Source of the DNA: Candidatus Peribacter riflensis
GTDB taxonomy: Bacteria > Patescibacteriota > Gracilibacteria > Peribacterales > Peribacteraceae
Direction of reading: 5' to 3'
DNA: 32,000 nucleotides
Assembly: GCA_001430755.1 (NCBI GenBank)
Contig: CP013062.1
Span: 840,001 to 872,000, forward strand
A program made the translations under genes and the position numbers. Below the pieces are notes generated by a model. That model was not told the origin of the DNA. It made no database searches and saw nothing but the letters and a program-made list of their open reading frames with translations. Each line of letters opens with the position of its first letter. Within the stretch, counting starts at the first letter, position 1. Positions 15,453-21,848 of this stretch are shown piece after piece.

Positions 15453-16064
15453 ATGTTTGATCGTTCATTCACCATCGGCCAGCATTTCAGGCTCTTGGCA
15501 GCTGTGCTGCTCTTCTCGGCGCTCATGCTCCTTGGCGTGCGTTACCTTTCCGCGTCCGCGGCGCAAAGCACGCTCGGCTTCTCTGTCATCCCCGTGGCGG
15601 CGGCCGCTTCATCGGATTACTACCTGAAACTCGACGGCATTGAAGGCGAATCGGCGAGCAGTGACCATCGCGGCGAGATCGACATTCAATCGTTCAGTTG
15701 GGGAGTCTCACAGATGGGAACCGGCGGCAAGGGCGGAGGCAGCGGAGCGGGTAAGGTCTCATTCCAGGATCTCCACTTCACCAAACGCATCGATAAATCG
15801 TCGCCTCTCCTCATGAAATCCGTGGCGAGTGGAAAGCACATTGCAAAGGCGGTCCTCACGGGACGCTCTGCGGATGGACGCGACTATCTGGTGATTACGT
15901 TGAGCGATGTCATGGTGAGCTCGTTCGTGCAGAACGGCGACGGCTCGGATGTGCCCGCAGAAACTCTGTCCTTTACTTACGCCAAGATCGAGTTCGAGTA
16001 TCGAACTCAGGACGGGGCGGTGACGAAGGCAAGCTGGGACCTAAAGGCGAATAAGGGAGCCTGA
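15453..16064 (+). CDS. Hcp1-family (type VI secretion tube protein fold) protein with predicted N-terminal signal peptide/anchor
   Basis: DYYLKLDGIEGESASSDHRGEIDIQSFSWGVSQ....GGGSGAGKVSFQDLHFTKRIDKSSPLLMKSVASGKHIAKAVL...YLVITLSDVMVSSF...ETLSFTYAKIEFEY aligns along its full length with canonical Hcp1 (FIKIGDVKGES..IDVLAWSWGMSQ..GGGGGAGKVNVQDLSFTKYIDKSTPNLM..SGKH). From ATG 15453 the N-terminus is MFDRSFTIGQHFRLLAAVLLFSALMLLGVRYLSASA-AQS. An in-frame GTG at 15594 would give a canonical signal-less 156-aa Hcp. Confidence 0.85.
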   Translation: MFDRSFTIGQHFRLLAAVLLFSALMLLGVRYLSASAAQSTLGFSVIPVAAAASSDYYLKLDGIEGESASSDHRGEIDIQSFSWGVSQMGTGGKGGGSGAGKVSFQDLHFTKRIDKSSPLLMKSVASGKHIAKAVLTGRSADGRDYLVITLSDVMVSSFVQNGDGSDVPAETLSFTYAKIEFEYRTQDGAVTKASWDLKANKGA

Positions 16065-16243
16065 AACGATGTTTCGTTCACACCCTCCGATGCAGTGCGG
16101 CCGCTCACGGTCGCCGGTCGGAGGGTTTTGCATCGACAGCGTGATATGCGGATGTGCGGGAACTTCGCCGAGGCTTTGTCGAACCCCGAAACATTGCATA
16201 TGGATGCAGCGGCCTTTTTTCATGTTTGAAGGTTTACTTGAGC

Positions 16244-16514
16244 GGTAATTTCTTCGATCTCGCCACCATCGCCGTCTCCGAAACCCCCGGCTCGAACATC
16301 TTCACGCTGCTTGTGACGCTCGGCATTGCGTCGATGCTCTCCCCCAGTGACGATTTCCCACCGCTGGCTGTCGTTCGAGCTGCCCGCGCTCATCGTCATG
16401 AGCTTCCTGTTGTTCTTCTTCCTGACGAAACAGACCATCTCGCGTCTCGAAGGGTCGATCCTGCTTGGCGGGTATCTTGCGATCGTGGCCGTTCAGGTAT
16501 GGATTGCCGTCTAA
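16244..16514 (+). pseudogene. frameshifted 3' remnant of a CaCA (YrbG-type) cation/Ca2+ antiporter gene
   Basis: Frame A gives GNFFDLATIAVSETPGSNIFTLLVTLGIASMLSP (compare the alpha-2 repeat D.A.GN..GSNIFN.L.VLG...L..P). After the C5 run at 16341-16345, frame B gives VTISHRWLSFELPALIVMSFLLFFFLTKQTISRLEGSILLGGYLAIVAVQVW* (typical CaCA C-terminus). The roughly 230 upstream codons of a full-length gene are absent. Confidence 0.5.
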
Positions 16515-16533
16515 CGAGGACGGATAGGCGCAT

Positions 16534-16755
16534 CTACAATTTTTCGATTTCCTTCAAATCTTTGTCAGGCAGGTAGAGGATGGCGAGTCCGAGCGCGATG
16601 CCGCCAAGGGCCGTGAAGACATGTGAGCCGCCGAAGATGGCCATGTCTATGGAATCCAGCACGTACCAGATGCCCCGCCAGATCAGCACGAGGCCGACGA
16701 CAACAAAGATATTCTTGGTAAAGTAGCGAATGAGGGCCGCGGCATCTTTTTTCAT
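16534..16755 (-). CDS. small two-TM membrane protein, 73 aa
   Basis: MKKDAAALIRYFTKNIFVVVGLVLIWRGIWYVLD...HVFTALGGIALGLAILYL has two clear hydrophobic helices. It is the only non-shadow ORF in this interval. Family not recognised. Confidence 0.6.
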   Translation of the reverse strand: MKKDAAALIRYFTKNIFVVVGLVLIWRGIWYVLDSIDMAIFGGSHVFTALGGIALGLAILYLPDKDLKEIEKL

Positions 16756-16902
16756 CGAGGTAATCTTAGCAGTGCACGATGATCAGCGAAAGCCGATCGC
16801 TCATATCCACCGCACGTCCTCCCTCGCTGTCGATCTTCTCCGCCCATCCGTCCGAGGAGCGGGTGCGGCGGTTGGCAGCGATGCGGGCGGCGTGGGAACG
16901 TC

Positions 16903-17946
16903 CTATCCGACTCTCGACGACTTCTGCAGGAGAAGGCGGTAGATATCCAGAAGCGCATAGAGGAGGCTCAGCACCATGGGTCCGAGCAGGAATCCCACGG
17001 GCCCAAAGAAGCCGAGACCGCCGATGACCGCGAAGAGGATGAAGAGCGGGTGGATCTTGATGCCTCTGCCGACGAGGACCGGTCCGAGGAAATTATCGAT
17101 GAAACCGACGGCCACGATGCCCCAGATGAGGAGACCGATCGCCGCCGCGGTCTTTCCCGCGAGGAAGAGAAAGAGGATCGCGGGCGCGAGGATGATCGCT
17201 GTTCCAACGCCGGGGATGAGCGCCCCGATGGCGGCCACGCTGCCCCAGAGCGTGGGGCTCGGCACGCCGAAGATCGTGAGGCCGATCCCCGTCATGACGC
17301 CCTGGATGATCGCGATGATGAGGGAGCCGCGAATGATCGAATTGATCGCAGCCCCGAGGCGCCGCAGGACGTCTTCATCTTCCATATCGGGCAACGGGCT
17401 CAAGGCAACGATAGATCGCAGGAATTTCGGGCCATCTTTGAGAAAATAGTAGAGGGCGATGGCACCAAGGAAGAAGTGCAGGACGGTCTGGGCCGTTCCG
17501 GCGAAGAAAGGGCCAAGCTTGCCCACGAGAAAGCTCAGCCCCTGCCCGATGTAGTTCTCGAGATCAATGGACAAATACGGGGCAAATCGCTGGATGTATC
17601 CATCCAGAAATCCGATGATGCTATCCGTGAGAGTATCGCGGTTCTCGGCAATGCGCAGATAGAGACTCTGCGCCTCAAGGTAGATTTGCGTTCCGACAAA
17701 GGAGAGCGGTACCAACAACAGAAACCCCACGCAGAGGAGACTCAGGAATGCGGCAATGAACTCCCGGCCCCGTACGAGGCGGATGAGTCTGCAGTGAAGC
17801 GGATAGCTGACGACGGCGAGCGTTGCGGCCACCGCGAGTGTCGTGAGGTACGGAAGAAACATAAAAAAGGCCACACTCAACACTCCCAGCAGGAGCGCGA
17901 AGAAGAAGACGGTCTGAATGTGAGTACGGTGCATGGGGTACATCAT
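16903..17946 (-). CDS. AI-2E family transporter (UPF0118/PerM-like)
   Basis: Polytopic protein. The C-terminal half, GLTIFGVPSPTLWGSVAAIGALIPGVGTAIILAPAILFLFLAG...IDNFLGPVLVGRGIKIHPLFILFAVIGGLGFFGPVGFLLGP, is the family signature. Confidence 0.9.
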   Translation of the reverse strand: MMYPMHRTHIQTVFFFALLLGVLSVAFFMFLPYLTTLAVAATLAVVSYPLHCRLIRLVRGREFIAAFLSLLCVGFLLLVPLSFVGTQIYLEAQSLYLRIAENRDTLTDSIIGFLDGYIQRFAPYLSIDLENYIGQGLSFLVGKLGPFFAGTAQTVLHFFLGAIALYYFLKDGPKFLRSIVALSPLPDMEDEDVLRRLGAAINSIIRGSLIIAIIQGVMTGIGLTIFGVPSPTLWGSVAAIGALIPGVGTAIILAPAILFLFLAGKTAAAIGLLIWGIVAVGFIDNFLGPVLVGRGIKIHPLFILFAVIGGLGFFGPVGFLLGPMVLSLLYALLDIYRLLLQKSSRVG

Positions 17947-18046
17947 ACGGCAACGGGCGAAGGATTGCAGTACAATGTATCGTTCATTGGGACGGGTCGT
18001 GCCGCCTGAAGATCATCTTCATGCGACGCTTTGCACGCGCTCATGT

Positions 18047-18121
18047 TGGTAGCCCCACGGGGAATCGAACCCCGATTTCCTGGATGAGAACCAAGTGTCC
18101 TAACCGTTAGACGATGGGGCC
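18047..18121 (-). tRNA. tRNA-Glu (anticodon CUC), CCA encoded
   Basis: The reverse complement GGCCCCATCGTCTAACGGTTAGGACACTTGGTTCTCATCCAGGAAATCGGGGTTCGATTCCCCGTGGGGCTACCA folds as a cloverleaf. Acceptor 7 bp (G1-U72 wobble), D arm GTCT/GGAC (imperfect, 2-3 pairs), anticodon stem CTTGG/CCAGG with loop TTCTCAT, T arm CGGGG-TTCGATT-CCCCG. Confidence 0.9.
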
Positions 18122-18147
18122 AAAAAGAACGAAGAAAACGCAGGCGC

Positions 18148-18153
18148 AGTATA
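18148..18153 (-). promoter_or_regulatory. candidate -10 box TATACT upstream of tRNA-Glu
   Basis: The minus strand reads CCCTCGTATACTGCGCC. This lies 26 nt upstream of the mature tRNA 5' end. Confidence 0.35.
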
Positions 18154-18197
18154 CGAGGGCATCCGGCTGATACGCAAAGGAATCAACCGCTTTACCT

Positions 18198-18275
18198 TTA
18201 CTCCCCCACCGCCACCTTCGCATCGAGAATAGTGAGGTCCTTTTCAGTGAGCAGCACGGGGTTCAAATCAATCTC
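18198..18275 (-). pseudogene. orphan duplicate of the last 25 codons of the acetyl-CoA synthetase (ADP-forming) gene
   Basis: Encodes EIDLNPVLLTEKDLTILDAKVAVGE*, against EIDLNPVLLTEKDLTILDAKVVV* at 18689..18760. Identity is 60/68 nt. Upstream of the fragment the frame degenerates into Arg/Cys-rich nonsense. Confidence 0.7.
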
Positions 18276-18412
18276 CCCGACACCTGACCAGAGTGCGCGC
18301 TGTCGGTCACGACTTCTTTGTCCTCCACCGTGGTCCAACAGGATGGAACACCGACGCGATACCCGATACCGGGGTCCTCGTAACAACTGAGAGGCGCGGA
18401 CGACGCGGCGCA

Positions 18413-18631
18413 CTAATTCTCGCCGGGACACGGAGCGAACGCACAGGTGGGAGGAACACGGCCCACGGCGGAGCCGTCGGGGCAGATCTTGGCCTCCATC
18501 GTGCAGAAGACGCCGCCTTGCGCAGAGGAGGAAGAATTGGCATTTGTTCCATCGGTGCTGGTGCCAGCACACCCGACGAGCAGGACGCACGCCGCGGCAA
18601 TTGCATAACCGGAAAAACGAAATGGGAACAT
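18413..18631 (-). CDS. small Cys-rich lipoprotein, 72 aa
   Basis: Internal ATG 18631 of track ORF 18413..18664. MFPFRFSGYAIAAACVLLVGC has a lipobox (LVGC). The mature part is AGTSTDGTNANSSSSAQGGVFCTMEAKICPDGSAVGRVPPTCAFAPCPGEN. A TATTCT box plus a CT-rich leader (TTTCTTTTCTTTTCTCCACCCTCT) lies upstream. Confidence 0.7.
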   Translation of the reverse strand: MFPFRFSGYAIAAACVLLVGCAGTSTDGTNANSSSSAQGGVFCTMEAKICPDGSAVGRVPPTCAFAPCPGEN

Positions 18632-18688
18632 AGAGGGTGGAGAAAAGAAAAGAAAGAATAGCACAAAGACGACCGGCAGGCTGCATGC

Positions 18689-20776
18689 TTACACCACCAC
18701 CTTCGCGTCGAGGATCGTCAGATCCTTCTCAGTGAGCAACACGGGGTTCAAATCAATCTCACGTATTTGCGGGCACTCCTTCACCAGACGCGACACGGTC
18801 GCCACAAGCTCTGCAAGGGCATCTATGTTGAGCTGCGGCTTGCCACGAAGCCCCAGAAGGAGCTTCCAGCTCTTGAGCTCCGTGAGCATGCGGTAGGCCT
18901 GCTCGGTGGAAACGGGCGCCACGCGGAAGGACGTATCTTTAAAGAGCTCGGTGTAGATGCCGCCGAGTCCGGCCATCACGAGATGGCCTGCGGTTTCATC
19001 TTTGAGCGCACCCACGATGAACTCGTTGCCCGGCGGCAGCGACTGCTGAATGAGGATTCCTGCAACACGAGCCTTGGGCGCCTTCACTTTCACGCTCTTC
19101 ATGATCTTCGCAAAGGCGGCACGCACCTGCGCATCGGTCTGAAGATGGACGATCACGCCGCCCACATCCATCTTGTGCAGAATGTCTTTGGAACTCACCT
19201 TGGCCACCACGGGGTAGCCGATTTCCCGCGCGATCTTCACGGCGGCATCGGCCGTCCTGGCTACTCTTCCCTGCGGGAGCGGGATCTTGTAGAGCGAGAG
19301 GAGCTCAGCCGTCCGATCTTCGCTGAGGAGCCCGCTGCTCTGTACAAGGATGCGTCCGGCTTTAGCCGCACGCGCCGGATTCAAAGAGATCGGCCTCTGT
19401 TTGCCCTGTGTCTTCGGCGCACGCCTGAGGGAGGCAAAGACGTGCATGGCGGATTCGGGACAGGAGAAATTGGGAATGCCGTGCGCATGCAGCAGAGCAA
19501 TGGCCTCGCGCACGCCCTCCCCGCCCATAAAGCACCCGATGACCGGAAAGAGCGGGTAGCGCTCCTCTACACGAATAACCGCTTCGGCCACTTCTCTGGC
19601 CGGCGTCATGATCTGCGGCGTGAGAATCACCAACGCCCCGTCGATGTTCTGATCCTGCGCAACCGCGTTGAGCGCGTGTTCGTAGCGGTCGGCCAGTGCA
19701 TCACCGAGGACATCGATGGGATTCTTCACACTCGCCGAGGGGGGTAACTGTTTCTCCAGCGCGGACGCGTGTTCGGGCGAGAGCGAAGGGACCAGGAGCC
19801 CCTCCCGTTCCGCCGCATCCGTGGCGAGCACGCCCGGCCCTCCGGCATTCGTGACGATTGCCAGGGAATCGGAGAGCAGTGGTGGCTGCTGCGAGAGTGT
19901 GCGAAGTAAATCGAGGAACTGGCGCGTGGAGTGTGCGCGCAGGATACCGGCCTGCTCGCAGATCGCCTCGACCGCGGCATCGGTACCCGCCAGCGCCCCC
20001 GTATGGGACGAAGCCGCCGCCCTCCCCTTCTCGGTGATGCCGCCCTTCAGGAGCACGACGGGCTTTGTGCGCGTGATGTGCTCCGTGAGCGCGAGAAACC
20101 GCGGCCCATCCACGATGCCTTCGAGGTAGAGACCAATCACTCTGGTCTCGGGGTCTTTTTCGCAGAGCGAAAGAAAATCGCACTCATCCATCGTCACCTT
20201 GTTGCCCAGACTCACGAAGAACGAAAGCTTGAGCCCGATGGAAGCGGAGCGGTCGATGAATGCGTCGGCGAGCGCGCCCGACTGACTGATGAGCGCGACG
20301 GATCCCGCCTGCGGCAGCCGGTTGGCGAAGGAGGCATTGAGCCCCAGAGAGGGCCGCATGAAGCCAAGGGAATTGGGGCCCACGAGGTGCATGCGGTGGC
20401 GTCCGATGACGCGTTTGAGCTCCTCTTCGATTTTTTTGCCGTCCACGCCGATCTCGCGGAACCCGGAGCTGATGACCACGAGTGTCTGTACGCCCTTCTT
20501 TCCGCATTCTTCCGCCAGCTTAGAAACAGTGGCGGCCGGTGTAGCGACGACGGCCACATCCACCGGACCCGGAATGGCGCTGACCGAAGGAAAGACCTCA
20601 TGATCCAGAATCGTTCCGCCTTTCGGATTCACGGCATAGACCTTCCCCTTGTACCCCTGTGTAAGAAGATTTCTCAAAATTAAATGCCCGACCTTGTGCG
20701 CATCGGCAGATGCACCGATCACCGCAATCGAGTCAGGACGAAAAAGGGACATCACGTGCATTGTAGGCGTCTTCAT
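18689..20776 (-). CDS. acetate--CoA ligase (ADP-forming), fused alpha/beta type (CoA-binding + ATP-grasp)
   Basis: LFRPDSIAVIGASADAHKVGHLILRNLLTQGYKGKVYAVNPKG...VPSVSAI (CoA-binding N-domain), HLVGPNSLG, SHTGALAG, and the C-terminal ATP-grasp half. The start may be one of the nearby downstream Met codons (MHVMSLF). Confidence 0.9.
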   Translation of the reverse strand: MKTPTMHVMSLFRPDSIAVIGASADAHKVGHLILRNLLTQGYKGKVYAVNPKGGTILDHEVFPSVSAIPGPVDVAVVATPAATVSKLAEECGKKGVQTLVVISSGFREIGVDGKKIEEELKRVIGRHRMHLVGPNSLGFMRPSLGLNASFANRLPQAGSVALISQSGALADAFIDRSASIGLKLSFFVSLGNKVTMDECDFLSLCEKDPETRVIGLYLEGIVDGPRFLALTEHITRTKPVVLLKGGITEKGRAAASSHTGALAGTDAAVEAICEQAGILRAHSTRQFLDLLRTLSQQPPLLSDSLAIVTNAGGPGVLATDAAEREGLLVPSLSPEHASALEKQLPPSASVKNPIDVLGDALADRYEHALNAVAQDQNIDGALVILTPQIMTPAREVAEAVIRVEERYPLFPVIGCFMGGEGVREAIALLHAHGIPNFSCPESAMHVFASLRRAPKTQGKQRPISLNPARAAKAGRILVQSSGLLSEDRTAELLSLYKIPLPQGRVARTADAAVKIAREIGYPVVAKVSSKDILHKMDVGGVIVHLQTDAQVRAAFAKIMKSVKVKAPKARVAGILIQQSLPPGNEFIVGALKDETAGHLVMAGLGGIYTELFKDTSFRVAPVSTEQAYRMLTELKSWKLLLGLRGKPQLNIDALAELVATVSRLVKECPQIREIDLNPVLLTEKDLTILDAKVVV

Positions 20777-20848
20777 TTATCCATTCCATCTTGGAAAACA
20801 CACTGAAACAGAATAAAAAAAACAGGAACAAAAACAGGAAACGCGGAA

Positions 20849-21020
20849 GGGGCGCGACATGGGGGGTGAAGGGGAAGGCCCTGCACTGCTGTAAGAGCAG
20901 TGCGCGCCGACGAGTCGGATCCGAAGCCTTGGAGGATCCGGCGAGGAGGCACAGGGCCGGGCGGAGGGGCATTGGCGCGCCAGCGTTTTGGCTCCACCTT
21001 TGTCGCGACAAAGGTGGAAA
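20849..21020 (+). repeat. copy A of a ~170-bp GC-rich structured repeat
   Basis: Near-identical to 25087..25250 apart from a few substitutions and an 8-nt length difference. Contains hairpins GCACTGCT-gtaag-AGCAGTGC, GGATCC..GGATCC and the perfect 24-bp palindrome CCACCTTTGTCGCGACAAAGGTGG (20994..21017). Confidence 0.85.
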
Positions 21021-21054
21021 AACAGTGCATCTGTGATGTGCTCACTAGAACCTC

Positions 21055-21060
21055 TATACT
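21055..21060 (+). promoter_or_regulatory. -10 box TATACT for the SDR/ATPase operon
   Basis: Sequence CCTCTATACTTCTC. It is followed by the 26-nt nearly G-free stretch TCTCTCCGTTCTTTCCCCACCTACCT before ATG 21087. Confidence 0.45.
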
Positions 21061-21086
21061 TCTCTCCGTTCTTTCCCCACCTACCT

Positions 21087-21848
21087 ATGTTCGACCTCAC
21101 TGGCAAAGTGGCCCTCGTCACCGGCGCGATGCGCGGCATGGGCAAAGCCGATGCCATAGCATTGGCGGGGCAGGGAGCAACGGTCATCGTGACGGATATC
21201 GACCTGAAAGCATGTGAAGAGGTCGTCAAAGAAATCACGGCGGCAGGAGGAAAAGCGGCTGCGTTCGCCCTCAATGTAACGGACAAGAAACAGATGGATG
21301 GCGTCTTCGATGCCGTGATCAAGCAGTACAAAAAACTCGATATCCTCGTGAACAACGCCGGCATCTTTAAGCCAAAACCGGCACTGGAGCTCACGGAGGA
21401 GGAATGGCAGCAGACGATTGATATCAACCTGAAGGGATACTTCCTCTGCGCACAACGAGCCGCAAAAGAAATGGTGAAGCAAAAGTACGGCCGCATCATC
21501 AATATCGCCTCCATCGCCAGCGGGCAGGTGGGCGTGGGTTTCATGGGCTCGGCGCACTACAGCGCAACCAAAGGAGGAGTGATCGGCATGACCGAGACCA
21601 TGGCTCTCGAATGGGGACCATTGGGCATCACCGTGAACGCCATCGGCCCGGGAGCCATCGACACCCCTATGGTCGCCGGCATCAAGAGCTCGCCCGAGGC
21701 GATGAAAATGATCACGAACAGGGTGCCTCTGAAGCGAATGGGAACACCGGAAGAAATCGCGGCAGCCGTCGTATTTCTCGCATCGGATGAGGCGAGCTAC
21801 GTGAACGGCGCGACGCTCTTCGTTGATGGGGGGTACCTCGCGGCATAA
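21087..21848 (+). CDS. SDR family oxidoreductase (FabG-like), 253 aa
   Basis: Internal ATG of track ORF 20988..21848. Motifs: MFDLTGKVALVTGAMRGMGKA (TGxxxGxG), NNAGI, catalytic S...YSATKGG (YxxxK), PGAIDTPM. Confidence 0.9.
   Translation: MFDLTGKVALVTGAMRGMGKADAIALAGQGATVIVTDIDLKACEEVVKEITAAGGKAAAFALNVTDKKQMDGVFDAVIKQYKKLDILVNNAGIFKPKPALELTEEEWQQTIDINLKGYFLCAQRAAKEMVKQKYGRIINIASIASGQVGVGFMGSAHYSATKGGVIGMTETMALEWGPLGITVNAIGPGAIDTPMVAGIKSSPEAMKMITNRVPLKRMGTPEEIAAAVVFLASDEASYVNGATLFVDGGYLAA

Noticed and set aside
15378-16064. Possibility that this window contains a type VI secretion locus
   Set aside because: Only the Hcp-fold gene is present. No TssA-M, VgrG, PAAR, ClpV or effector/immunity pairs are recognisable in any frame of the 32 kb.
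21032-21046. CRP-like box TGTGA-tgtgc-TCACT upstream of the SDR gene
   Set aside because: The spacing is 5 nt rather than the 6 nt of the TGTGA-N6-TCACA consensus, and the right half is imperfect. It is a single occurrence and could equally be the -35 region of the TATACT promoter. Too weak to call.
20733-21217. ORFs crossing the repeat element (20733..21011-, 20773..21045-, 20900..21217+, and 25023..25241-, 25085..25339+), which give similar peptides in both copies
   Set aside because: The similarity is nucleotide-level repeat identity. The two copies differ by an 8-nt indel that breaks every frame, and the differences preserve hairpins rather than codons.
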